Source: Narcine bancroftii
Taxonomy: Eukaryota
Length of the DNA: 64,000 nucleotides
Assembly: GCF_036971445.1 (NCBI RefSeq)
Contig: NC_091469.1
Location: 289,602,001-289,666,000 of the forward strand
Direction: 5' to 3'
A program made the translations under genes and the position numbers. This document shows, piece after piece, positions 23,860-36,773 of the stretch; within the stretch, counting starts at the first letter, position 1; each line of letters begins with the position of its first letter. Below the pieces are notes generated by a model. That model was not told where the DNA came from. It made no database searches and saw only the letters and a program-made list of their open reading frames with translations.

Positions 23860-24445
23860 ACTGGGCGGTCACTTCGCTAAGCATCTTCGCTCTGTCCACA
23901 TCAGTGACCGGGACCTCCCAGTGGCCAACTATTTCAGTTCTGCATCCCACTCTCATGCCCACATGTCTGTCCATGGCCTCATGTACTATCCCACCAAGAC
24001 CACGTAAATTGAAAGAACAACCCTTGATTTTCTGTCTGGGCTCTCTCCATCCGGATGGCATTTAAATTTGTCTTCTCCGATTTCTGCTAACCTGCTCTCC
24101 ATTCACTCTCCCTTTCCTCTCCCCCTGTCTTCCTTCCTTGAGCTTTCCACCCCCTTCCCTCTCTATTCACTGAGCCATCCCTCCTCCTCACGTGCCTTCC
24201 CTCCCTTCTCCACCTATTACCTCCTGCCTTTGGGACTGTGCTCCTCCCACTCACCCCCTTACCTTTTTGTTCAGACAACAGCCGCCATTTTTTTTTTTAC
24301 ACCTTGGAAGAAGGGCTCAAGCCTGAAACGTTGGTTCTGTATCTTCATCTTTGCTGGACAAAGGACACTGTTTGACCTGCTGAGTTCCTCCAGCGTTGTG
24401 TTTTTACTTCGATCGTGATGTCTGCAGACTTTCATGTTTTACTTC
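23860..24445 (+). mobile_element. Penelope-like 3' end with terminal repeat
   Basis: RKLKEQPLIFCLGSLHPDGI endonuclease C-terminus, then CT-rich spacer and hammerhead-like motif at 24301-24337. Confidence 0.85.
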
Positions 24446-26424
24446 ATATTTAAAAAGAAATTGAGACAGGTAGGTAGATCAGAAAGGGATATGTGCCAAA
24501 TGCAGGCATGTGGGATGAGCTTGGGTGGACAACTTGGTCAGCATGGGAGAGTTGGCTTGTTTCAATGCTGTATATGTCAATGAACCTGTGGGATAGAGTT
24601 GGGATGAGTGAGTTTCATTGATGGACAACCTAAAGCTAGGAAGTTCTGTTGCAAAATTGGGAAACAAGTTGGCTAAAATTGTAGAATGTTGGCCCAGTTT
24701 CTCCTCTCTCTATTGATGCTGCCTGACCAGTTAGGTATTTCCTACATCTCTGCCTTTGACAGCTTTTTGCTTCCTTTTGTCCACATTCTCAGATACTAGC
24801 CATCCTCATTAATGTAACAATAGGGTGGCTTACCACTGCAGTCTCAGCGTAGCTGACAAGGGTCGATTTGTAAAAACACATTGAAGTGCCGGAGGAACTC
24901 AGCTGGTCTTGCAGAAGGTGCTCAGGCCCGAAACATCAGCAATATTATCTTTGTCTCCTGTGGACGCTGCAAGACCAGTTGAGTTCCTCCAGTATTTCAT
25001 TGTGTTTTTACCACAATCACAGCATCTGCAGACTTTTGTGTTTCCGTGTTGGGTCTGTTTGTCACTGCACACCCACACTCATGTGAAAATCAATGAAGTT
25101 CAGATGCTATGAATCTGAAGGAGAAACTGGAAATGTGTAAAAACTGTTCAGTGGGTCAGGCAGCATCTGTGGAGAGAGAAGTAGTTGCATTTCTGGTTTG
25201 GACTCTTCATCAATAGTGGGGATTAAATCTTTTTCCAAAGACAGCCTCTGAGCCTGTCTAATCTTTTCTCATGGCGACAGTTTCCCAGTCCAGGCAAGGT
25301 AATCTCCACAACACTCGCGAGGGCTGTCCCAGCTCTTATGTAGACATTCAGCCCTACAAGCCTGCTTCACCATTCAATACTATCATGTGAACTCAATCCC
25401 CTATTCCCACTTTCTCTCCATACCTTGTGATTCCTTTAGTCAATAGGGTCACATCCAACTCCCTTTTCAGGACTCTCTCACATCTTGATTGCCCATTGTA
25501 TCTGCCTCAGTTAATATTCGAAAGGATCCCGAATATGTTTTGCAAGAACTCTGTTGATCTATTCTGTTACTTTTAATGAGTTTCGACCACTGTTTATTGC
25601 ACCACAGCTCTTGATCTTTCGAGACATCGTACGACTTGGGAGCAGAATTAGGCCATTCGGCCTACTGAGACTGCCCTACCATTCAAATCACGGCTGGTGT
25701 ATTTTTCTCTCTTAACCCCATTCTCCTCCCTTCACCCCATAACCTTTGAATCCTTCAGTAATTAAGAATCTCTGCTTTAAACCTACCCAACGTCTTGGCC
25801 TCCACAGCCGTCTGTGGCAACAAATTCAGCAGCTCCCCCCCACCACCCCCACAACCACCCTGCCTGAAGAATATTCTCCTCGTCGAGATCAATGTGATTT
25901 TTGGATATTGAGAGTAGTGCCTTGACACAGCTAGGAGAGCCACTGTCTCCTGTGACCCAGGTTTGGCCCTGACTTTGGGCGCTGTCTGTGTGGAGTTTGC
26001 ACATTCTCCTTGTGACCTCATAGGTTTCCCTCAGGGTGTTCCAGTTTCCTCCCATGTCCCAGAGATGTATGACTGAGGCTGCAGTGGGTAGGTGAGTGGT
26101 GAATCTGGGTTGGACCCTTTCCATGTGGGCTTAGTGCAGGAATGCGAGGTTGAGGTCAATGTGAATGTGGCACAGACTCGAGGGGCTTGTCCTTGTGTTC
26201 CTTCCCTTGACAAATCTTCAAATACATCACCCTCCTAACATTTTCCATGAACATCTCTGTTTTGCCATGTTCCTGTCAGCAGGAATCGAACCATTCTACT
26301 GCTCTGCTTCCTGATAAACAAGAAGTCTGTAGGCGCTGGAGAACTATACACAAAAGTGTTGGGGGAACTCAGCAGGTCACACAACATCCACAGAAAGCAA
26401 GGAGCAGTCAATGTTTCATAGTCC

Positions 26425-26990
26425 TTAGAACACTACAGCACAGTACAGTCCCTTCAGCCCTCGATGTTGTGCTGATCCATATATTCCTTTCAAAAAACGA
26501 ACTAAACCCTCCCTACCCTATAACCCTCTATTTTTCTCTCATCCATGTGTCTGTCTAAGAGTCTCTTAAATGCCCCTAATGTTTCAACCTCCACCACCAC
26601 CCCTGGCAAGGCATTCCAGGCTCCCACCACAATTTGTGGGGGGAAAAAAAACACTTACCCCTGATGTCTCCCTTAAACTTCCCTCCCTTAACTTTGTCCA
26701 GATGTCTTCTGGTGTTTGCTAATGCTGCCCTGGGAATCAAGAGCTGGCTCTCCACCCTATCTATACCTCTCATGATCTTGTAGTTGTCTATCTCATTCAA
26801 AGAGAAAAGTCCCTGCTCTGGCAACCTTGCCCCATAAGACTTATTTTCCAATCCAGACAACATCCTGGTAAATCTCCTCTGCACCCTCTCCATAGCTTCC
26901 ACATCCTTCCTATAATGAGGTGACTAGAACTGAACACAAGTGTGGTCTCACCACGGATGTGTAGAGCTGCAACATGGCCTCTCTACCCAT
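26425..26990 (-). mobile_element. CR1 3' fragment
   Basis: ORF 26576-26902: MERVQRRFTRMLSGL...YKIMRGIDRV. Confidence 0.88.
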
Positions 26991-27319
26991 GGATGCTTTC
27001 TGATGAAGGGCTCAGGCCTGAAATGTCAACTGCCTTGTGCTTTCCGTGGAGGACCAGCTGAGTTCCTCCAATAATTTTGTTTCCTTTATTAGTCCCTGGC
27101 AGATTTCACACCACACTAAGGAACTTTTAAGACCTGACCCTGGCAATTTTCACAATTCTCAAAATTGCTGAGGACAGTAAAATGTTTCCCAGGTCGACAG
27201 ATAGATTCTCCAAATCCAAAGCAAGAGCCGCAGATCGTAGACACACACCCCATTTGCCCATATTTCCCATGTGGCTGCTCTGTGCCTGCAGTTGCAGGCT
27301 ATAACCCTGGAAAACACGA

Positions 27320-27545
27320 GGGTGACATGGTTAGCATATTGGTTAGCATTACACTATTACAGCGCCAGAAACTATGGTTCGAATCCAGTGCTGTCTGCAA
27401 GGAATTTGTATGTTCTCCCTTTGACCTGCGTGGATTTTCTCCCACCCTCCAAAAACATACAGGGTTTTAGGTTAATTTGAGTGCGATTGGGGTAGCACAG
27501 ATTTCAATGGCCAGAATGGGCTTTTACCATGCTGTAAATAAATGT
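27320..27545 (+). mobile_element. V-SINE/HE1-like SINE
   Basis: tggttagcat A-box region, ggttcgaatcc B box, V-domain. Confidence 0.75.
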
Positions 27546-29753
27546 AAAGTCTCCACGTCAACTTGCACGGTACTGCAGGAACTCAACGCATCGCGGAACA
27601 TCTGTGGAGGGGACAGTCAATGTCTCGGGCTGAGACCTTCATAGGGTCTGGGAAGAATGAGGGCGGAAACCAAAAGAAAATGCAGAGGAGCACAAGGTGG
27701 CAGATGATAGGTGAAGACAGGTGGGAGAGAGAAGAATGAGGGTGGAGGCGGAATGAGATTGATGTAAGAAGCCAGAGATGATGGGAGGAAGGGGCTGAGG
27801 AAGATGAGTTCTGGGAGGAGAGGTAAGCATATCATGTTAGGAAGGAAAGGGGGGAGGTGGGGTGATGTTTTCAGGCCTGCTTAGTTCCTCCAGTGTTTTA
27901 TCTGATCCTCCAATTTTCCAGTTTCCTTCTGCTCCACTGCCAAATCCTTTGAGGGAGAAACCACCATAGAACATTACAGTGCAGTAACAGGCTCCTTCGA
28001 TCCTTCTAGTCTGTGCCGAACCGTTTTTTTTTGCCTTGTCCCACTGACCTGCAGCCCATTTCCAGCTGGTCCAGATCACTTTGCAAGCTTTGAACACCTT
28101 TCCTCTATTGCCTTAAACACAAGTCCTCTAGTTTTATACTCCCTTACTCTGGGTGGGGTGGGGTTGGAGAAAGACAATGACCATTCACCTTGTCTATACC
28201 TCCTACCATTTTTCCTGCGCTCGCTCGTACGCCAACATCTCGGCCAACCCGTTCCATGACTTCCAGAGACCCTTTGCTACAGTGGTTTGGCTGCAATCCC
28301 AACACAAAAGATGTGTGGCAGCCTCACAAAGCCGCGATTGTTTTTGCCGATGCGCAATGTCATTTGATCTGGATGGAGACATTAATGTTGTTGAGGAAAT
28401 AGTTTGGGTTTTGGTAAGTTTTCACTTCCCCTCCAGTGACCTGTAATTCATCGAGTCTGACTGGGCGATGAAGTTGGATTATTCTGCTCCGTACTGTAAT
28501 TGTTCTTTATTTTTTAATCTTCACAAATTAGCTGCAATTACATTTGAAATGTCAAATTTGTACCTTTAATCCCTTGAACCACAGGCAGTGGGAATGTTGA
28601 ACGACCAAAGGACCTGCTCACTCTGACCATCCAGACTCACATTTGTACAAAACAATATTTATTTATTTTTATAGTTAAAATACTTGTCCTGCCTATGTAT
28701 TTTTTTTGTCCATGTGCAAATTATGTCTGGTTGTGTGTCTGCATGTTTTGCACCGAGGAACAGAGAACGCTGTTTCGTTGGGATGTACTTGTACAATCGG
28801 ATGACAATAGTCAGGTTTATCATCATACTAACTTGACCAAACCATTTAATAATTCTTGGACTATGTAATAACTCATGCATTAATGTTATTAAATGGGGAA
28901 GTCTGCAAAATGACTCCTAACAATACTGCCAGGACTGTTGGAAATGAATTTCAAGGAGATACTGGATAGGCTGGGGCTTTGCACACTGGAGCGTAGGAGG
29001 CTGAGGGGAGTAGATTTGAGACCAGATGAGGTATAACAAGAGAGTAATGAATCTGTGGAATTCTCTGTCCAAGGAAGCAGCAGGCCGCCTCCTGAAATAC
29101 CTTTAACTTTTTGGTGTGTCCCGGTTTTCATGGACTACCAATAGGTGTGTACACTCCCATGTCCCCACTTTCCAGGACTGGTTTTATATCCAGCCACCTG
29201 CTGATTTGTACTGTAGTTTACCCACGGACACAGTCCAGAGAAAGGTTAAAAATGGCCAGAGTCCAAAGGGTTAAAACGTGGATATTTTGTGAGGTGGGGG
29301 AAATTGAGAGTTGCGGGGAAATGGGCGGGCAAGGGAAGGAGATTCCTTGGCCAGATCAGGCATGGATCAAATGGCGGAGCAGTCTCAATGGGCCAGATGG
29401 CCCACTCCTGCTCCTTTTTTCTTGTGTTGGTGGTCACACAACCCTTCAAGTGAACTATGATGTGAACCCAGAGACTTGGCTCTCCTTGAATGGTCAAAAG
29501 TTTGTTTTGCTGTGGTGTGATACTCCACACTTTATAATTGCACCGCCTGCTGTGCAAATGCACTGGTTGAGTTGGCTAGAGAGCACGCAGAACAACGTCC
29601 TTCACTGTACTTCAGTGAATTTGACAATAAGCCGTTCAATTCAGTTATGGGCCGTGAACTCGCGTGTTTTTCCTCTGTCCGCTCTCCATGGCAATCGAGG
29701 AAAAAAAGTGGCACCTCAGGACCTCATTATTCATTGCTTATGTTCTACAGAGC

Positions 29754-30117
29754 CAGTGGTTCTCAACCTTTTTCTTTCCACTCACATCCCACTTTAAGTA
29801 ATCCCTATACCATCAGTGCTCTGTGATTAGTAAGGGATTGCTTAAGGTGGGATGTGGGTGGAAAGAAAAAGGTTGAAAAGCACTGTTTTAATCATCCCTA
29901 ATTGACTCGTTAAGTGCACGGTTTCATAACTCCGAAGGAAATGGGCCAATGACAATTTTTCTCAAGCAAAATATTTCAGTCACAATTGAGTCTAGAGCAG
30001 TGATTCTCAACCTTCCCTTCCCACTCACACACCACCTTAAACAATTGCTTACTAATCACAGAGCACTGATGGCAGAGAGATTACTTAAGATGGAAAGAAA
30101 AAGGTTGAGAATCACTG
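29754..30117. mobile_element. Composite hAT (Charlie-like) MITE of two palindromic modules
   Basis: cagtggttctcaacc...ggttgaaaagcactg, spacer, cagtgattctcaacc...ggttgagaatcactg. Confidence 0.8.
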
Positions 30118-30869
30118 GTGTACACATTAAATCTCCCAAATGTAGCAGCTTGCCCTCCCTGCAATTGACTAACTCTTCAAGTTCATTATCGTGTGACTGT
30201 GCCCATACAACCAGGTAAAGCAGCATCCCTGCAGATCACGGTGCATGTAAGAACATGAACACACACACACGCACAAAACTCTGACACTATTTCTGTTACC
30301 TAACTCGCTATCGATAGCACTGCCAATTTTCCTCTGTGACCTATATACCATTTACCATTCACCATGTGTACACCCTTTATTTCTTCTGTGTCCTGTCCAT
30401 GGGAGGGGCATCGGAATGTCGTCCAGCCCTGTTTGCGGATCCTGTACTGGGACACAAAATGCTGAGCAAATACTTAAATTTTAAAAGCACGCCTTCTCTA
30501 GCGGCCACTGCTCTGTGTGACCATCACATCCCCACAGACTTCCTCTGGCAGAGGCAGGCGAATGTTTAGAAGGTCACTGGGAAAGGAAAACCAGTTCAAT
30601 GGGCAAGTTGCACATGACCCTTTGGTATGTTTATTTTTTTAAAACATTCCATTGACCTTAAGGCTGCTGTGTAATCTTTCATTTCTGTGGAGTAAGCTCT
30701 GCGTTTTGTCTTGTTGCCTGAATGTAAGTATCAAATTGGTTTAGATTGTTGTCTGTTTGATCGAAGACAGCCAAGTTGTGCCACTGGAACAAATGGACAA
30801 ATGCTGGGTGTGTGCAATTCTGATTGTCCCATAGCAGGAAGGAAAGGGGACAGAAGAATTATTAGAATG

Positions 30870-31720
30870 TTACGGTTAAAACACAAAGTCTGCAGACACT
30901 GTGGTTGAAGTAAAAATACAAAGCTGGAGAAACTCAGTAAGTCAAGCACTGTCCTTTATATAGCAAAGTTAGAGGTGCGTAACTGATGTTTCGGGCCTGA
31001 GCCCTTCATCAAGGCATTCTCCAGCCAGATGGCATTAACATCGACTTTTCCAGTTTCTGCTAACCTGCTCTCCTTTCCCCATCCCTTCCCTATCTCTCTG
31101 TCTCCTTCTCTACCCAGGTATGCTGTCTGACCTGCTGAGTGGCTCAGGTAGTTCCTTGTCTGCGTACAGTTTCATACATTGGAGGGACTGGGCACAGACT
31201 GGGAGATTACTTCGTTGAGCACCCTTCACTCTGTGTGCGTCAGTGGCCAACCATTTCAATTCCGTGCCCCACTCCTGCGCTCATGTCTGTCCATGGTCTC
31301 ATACTGTCCCATCAAAAACACTCATAAATTGGAGAACACACTGATTTTCCATCTGGGCACTTTCCAACTGGATGCCTTTAACATCAACTTCTCCAGTTTC
31401 TGCTAACCTACTCTCTGTTCTCCCTCCCATCCCTTTCCCCTTGTCTTCTTTCCTCCAGCTCTCCACCACGTCCCTCTTTATTCACCCAGCCATCCCTCCT
31501 CCCCTTGATCACTGCTGTCCCCTCCCTCCCTTCTCCACCTATCACCTCCTGCCTTTATGACCATTCCTCCCCTCTTACCTTTTTGTTCAGACACCTCCTG
31601 ACATTTTTCCAAACCTTGATGAGGGGCTCAAGCCCAAAATGTCAGTTCTGTATCTTTATCTTTATCTTTGCTACATAAAAGACACTGTTTGACCTGCTGA
31701 GTTTCTCCAGCATTGTGTTC
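30870..31720 (+). mobile_element. Penelope-like element: inverted terminal repeat followed by direct 3' fragments
   Basis: YIGGTGHRLGDYFVEH and KLENTLIFHLGTFQLDAFNINFS; terminal-repeat copies at 30870-31015 (minus) and 31610-31720 (plus). Confidence 0.85.
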
Positions 31721-33329
31721 TGCAGATCCCTCCCTGGACCTCTCCTCATCCAAGGTATCCCTTTAACCTAGATCCACGTGGCATCTGTTTTGGAGATCTA
31801 ACCCAATATCTCAATTGTTTTAAATTGTGAATTTGTAAAACTTCTCCTATGAGCTATCTTATCTGCCATGCTACTTAAATTCAACCTCAGAGTCCACATA
31901 ACTAGTGGTCTTTCATGGACACACAGCACCTCCTCACTTGTCAGAAAGGCGCAAGAGTGACTGCACTTCCTGAGAAGACTGAAGTAGCCAAGGCTACCGG
32001 ACACCATCATGCCAACCTTCAACAGGAACAAATGGACTCTATCAAGAGTGCCCTGCCAGGATGTGTCACAATGTGGTCTAGTTGATGTGAAGCATTAGAA
32101 CGGAGGTCAATCCATAGGCACATAAGAGTGGCAGAGGATCACTGAGGTTTCCCAGCCACCCACCACACCCAACCCCCCACCCCAGATCTATGTGATTTAC
32201 AGGAATTATTCTTTACCACCGCACACACATTATCTCGTCCATGTACTGTAAAAAAAAAAAATGGGGTGTCTGATACCTATGGGAATTGGTAGATGAGTGT
32301 ATCTGCCAGTTGCTTGATTGGTGAGCTAACGGCGAGGGGGAGGGGTGCCAATTTTAAACTTCTGTATTTTTACCTATTTTTTTTTTAGCTGGTTGCTTGA
32401 ATTCTGAGCAACAGGGATTTAAATGTAATCCCGTCAGGAGAGAGATACAGAAGTATTAGAGCCAATATCTCCAGGCTGAGGAACAGCTTCTTCTCACAGG
32501 CAGTGAGAACGCTGAATTGCTAAGACAACTCCCCGTGACTCTAGCATTTTTAACATGTATCCAGCTTCTGTATACATGTAGAGTTAGTCTGTACTTGTGT
32601 TTCACTGTTTTTGTATCAAGGACCAAAGAAAGCTTGTCCCATTTGTACCTTAGAAATAGTTCAAAGATCAGATTTATTGTCAGAGTACGTACATAACATC
32701 ACATACAAACCAGAGATTCTTTTTCCCTGTGGGGCAGGCAGAATTACCACTTATTGGCAGTGTAAAAAAAACTATACTCAAGAAGATGTGTATCCATGTA
32801 AACAAATCATGTAAGGTTAAAAAAAAGCTGTGCAATTTGCAGAGGGCGGAAAAAATCAATAAGTCTGTGAGTTTGTTGTTGAGTCTGCTGGTGCCTGACA
32901 TCAAAGTGAATTAATTGACATTTCATTTATTTTCCTGTCCAAAGGGTGTGGATAAATATTTGGTTGAAAGTGACACTGAGCAGTATGGGAGAAGTACAGA
33001 TTTAATTGGAAGGAAGAACTTGGATTTGCATAGATTTTCTTGTGAACTCCAAGAAAAGTGTAGTTAATGTTGTTATCTCAGTAAAATACTGGACATTTTT
33101 GCTCCCACAGATGGTTGTTAAACAGCCTAGTTATCTGTTTTATTGCCTTTGGCAAAGATTAAATATTGGTTAAGTGGACCGTATTTTCTTAATTATTCTC
33201 ACAGTGCAACAGTGACCAATTGTTAGGAATACCTCATTGGTTGTGAGGGTCTGTAGGGTGTGATCTTGTGGAGTCATTGCAGCTCTGAGTGAGGTCAGTC
33301 AACCATGGGGGTCCTCTGGGGAAAGTAAC

Positions 33330-33740
33330 AACTGAGAAAAGTCCTGGGTGGAGTGGGGGAATGGAATTTATTCTGAAGAAGTGTGAGGAAATGCACTTTG
33401 GGAAGTCAAATTGAAGGGACGTGCAGAGTAAATGGCAGGATTCTTGGGTGTGTTGGTGTGCAGAGAGACATCAGGGTGTGGGTTCTCAGTGGAACATCAA
33501 TCTACTGAGAGATCTTGGGGTGTGGGTTCATTCCAGCATGTCACTGTGCAGAGAGACCTTGGGGTGTGGGGCCAAAGCTTTCTGCAAGCAGCAAACCAAG
33601 CAGATTGTGAAGACGGCATCCTGGATGCTTGCCTTCATGAGCAAGAGTTCCAACGTTGTGTTGCAGCTGCACAAGACATAGACTAGGCCGCACTTGGAAT
33701 ATTGTGCACAGTTTTGGTCACTGCACTAGAGGAAGGGGGT
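33330..33740 (+). mobile_element. Decayed CR1 RT fragment
   Basis: aagtgtgaggaaatgcactttggg (KCEEMHFG); RPHLEYCAQFWS-like coding. Confidence 0.75.
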
Positions 33741-33829
33741 GAGGAAAGACTTTGTGTCCACCTGATCTATTGGTCTCATGGAAATAATATTGGTTTCCCG
33801 ACTGTGGTTATGGAGGCCGATTCTGGAAC

Positions 33830-34135
33830 AGCAGGCTCTACCACAGTTGCTGCAAATATAGGGCATAGTTGAACTGTTGTCTGCTATGCTCTTCACTTAG
33901 CTCTCCGCTCCTCAGATTGACTCAAGATCATTCTCTCGCCTTGCTCTAGGCATTGATGGAGCACCTCACCATTTGTTGCAGTCAACTGCTGTGACTTTCC
34001 AGCACTCTGCGTTGATTTTTAAGGCTTTCACACTGCGTTTGCAGAGGTCCTTAAAGCAAGGCTAAGGTCCACCTACGTTCCTCTTGCCTATTGTTCATTC
34101 TCCGTAAAGGATGTCCTTTGGCAAAGTATTGGCCT
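33830..34135 (-). mobile_element. Old RTE 3' fragment of a second family
   Basis: Minus translation LPKDILYGE*TIGKRNVGGP*PCFKDLCKR. Confidence 0.65.
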
Positions 34136-34513
34136 GCAAGTTCAAAACATACCGGGGTGGGGTGTAGGTCATTTGGGTGTAAATTAGGTAGGACAGGCTC
34201 ATGGGCCAAAATGGCCTGTTACCGTGCTGCGTGTCTACATTTTTAAAAATTAAAAACTTAAAGTTGTTATTGGAATGAAGAGAAGAGCAGATTCAGATCA
34301 ATGACTTTTTGAAAAAGTTGAATCGATTCCCAACCAGGAGGTAGCTCCTCAAGGAGAGAGCTTTGCTGAGGTTCCAAAGAGCAAGTATGGGTGTGATTTG
34401 GCTGATGGGTCTTGTTCTCAGGGGTCTGTTTTCTCACTCCTAAAGAAAGGGATCAGACCCAAAATGTTGGTTATATCCTTGTCAAGTTTATCGTCATTTG
34501 ATTGCACAAGGAC

Positions 34514-35797
34514 ATAGAAACATAGAAGATAGGAGCAGGAGTAGGTCCTTCGAGCCTGCTCCGCCATTCAACGAGATCATGGCTGATTTTAAAGTTCAGT
34601 ACCCCGTCCCCGCCTTCTCTCTGTAACCTTTAATACCCTTATACTGAAGAAATAGATCTAATTCCCTCTTAAATATATTTAATGAACCTGCCTCTACTGC
34701 CCTCTGTGGCAATGAATTCCACAGATTCACCACCCTCTGGGTCAAGAAATTCCTCCTCTTCTCGGTCCTAAATGGTTTGCCTATTATCCTCAAACCATGG
34801 CCCTGGGTTCTGGATTTTCCCATCATTGGAAATATCCCATCTGCATCCATTCTGTCCAGTCCTGCCAGAATTTTATATGTCTCTATGAGATCCCCTCTCA
34901 ATCTTCTAAACTCCAACGAGTACAATCCCAATTTGCGCAATCTTTCCTCATAAGTCATTCCTGCCATTCCAGGTATCAGCCTGGTGAATCGCCTCTGCAC
35001 TCCCTCCATTGCAAGAGCATCCTTCCTTAGATAAGGTGACCAAAACTGCACACAGTACACCAGGTGGGGTCTCACCGAGGCCCTGTACAGCTGCAGTAAA
35101 GTATCCTTGTTCCTATACTCAAACCCTCTTGATATGAAGGCCAACATACCATTTGCCTTTTTAACCGCCTGCTGTACCTGCATGCTCGCCTTCAGAGACT
35201 GATGTACAAGTACCCCTAGGTCTCTCTGCACTTCCCCATCTCTTAATCTATTACCATTCAAATAGTAATCTGCCCTCCGGTTTGTATTACCAAAGTGGAT
35301 AACCTCACATTTATCCACATTGTAGTGCATTTGCCATGTATCTGCCCAGTCCCTCAATTTATCCAAATCACACTGGAACTTTCTGACCCCCTCTTCCTTG
35401 CACACAACCCCTCCTAGCTTAGTGTCATCTGCAAATTTGGAGATATTAAATCCAATCCCCTCATCCAGATCATTAATGTAAATTGTGAACAGCTGGGGTC
35501 CCAGTACAGATCCCTGTGGCACCCCACTGGTCACCGCCTCCCACTCAGAAAACGAGCCATTTATCCCAACTCTCTGTCTTCTACCTGCCAGCCAGTTCTC
35601 AATCCACATCAATACTTTTCCCCCAATCCCATGAGCTTTGATTTTAGAAGCCAGTCGTTTATGCGGGACCTTATCGAAGGCCTTTTGAAAGTCCAGGTAC
35701 ACCACATCCACTGGCTCTCCCCCATCTATTTTACCTGTCACCATCTCAAAGAATTCCAATAGATTTGTCAAGCACGATTTACCTTTTGTAAATCCAT
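34514..35797 (-). mobile_element. Young 5'-truncated CR1 LINE with an uninterrupted 391-aa RT frame
   Basis: ORF 34596-35771: YLDFQKAFDKVPH, GVPQGSVLGP, KFADDTK, RRLRGDLIE; (ttctatgt)n tail. Confidence 0.97.
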
Positions 35798-36330
35798 GAC
35801 AACCTGACGAAACAGCATTCTCCAGTCCTCAGTGCAAAACATGGAGATGCACAAACAGATTTAACACACATACAGGCAAACAACACAGAGGCAGGATGAG
35901 TATTTTATCATAAACATAAATAAATATTGTTGTACAAATGAGAGTCTCAGATGGTCAGTGTGAGCTGTCCCTTTGGTCGTTCAGCATTCTCACTGCCCGT
36001 GGGAAGAAGCTATTCCTCAGCCTGATGGTGCTGGCTCTGATACTCCTGTACCTCTTCCCCGAGGGGAGCAGCTGAAAGGTGCTGCGTGCAGAATGGAAAG
36101 GGTCCTCACTGGTTTTATGCACCCTCTTCAAACAGAAATCCCGGTAGATCATGCTCATTTGGGGGGTGGGGGGGAGGCTCCAGTGATTTTCTCTGCCATA
36201 CTTATCAATCAATAAGTGGATTGATCTCCAGTCAATTTCTCTGCAGCAATTGTACCACACTGTGACGCAGTGGGCCAGGATGCTCGACAGGGCTCCTGTA
36301 GAAGGTTGACATAATGGTGGCTGGCTTCCT
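35798..36330 (-). mobile_element. Rex1/Babar-like LINE 3' part; its tail lies left of the CR1 at about 34480-34513
   Basis: FQLLPSGKRYRSIRASTIRLRNSFFPRAVRMLN in ORF 35955-36260. Confidence 0.85.
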
Positions 36331-36773
36331 TTTTGATCTGCATGACCTGCTGAGTTTCTCCAGCACGTTTGTGTATTGCACTACCACCACAGTGTCTGCA
36401 GACTTCTCTGACTCCATCCAGCTTGCTAAAAAGCCCACACGAGGAAGATGTGACTAAAACGGTGGATTTTGCAGCCTAATCATCCAGATGTGGTTCTAGG
36501 ATCAGTCCCAAAAACACGCATGTCTGAGCCTTCTGTATCCCTGTGCAGATGGATGGTTGAAAGTTAAGTAGGACTGTTCACTGCTGTTGAGGGGGGAATA
36601 TTGAGGGAGGATCTTCCTGGCCTGTAGCAAGCAGCTGATCCAAAAATATGTTGTATCCTACATTAAAGTGCAGACTGCAGCTTTAGACTCGCCAAAAAGG
36701 ATATTGTATTACTGAAACCAAGTGCAGAATATCGAGAAAAGCACTAAATTTTGTACCAGGGTGAAGTCCATTC

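Noticed and set aside
29111-29797. 228-aa ORF
   Set aside because: Crosses CR1-like and hAT MITE fragments; no recognisable domain.
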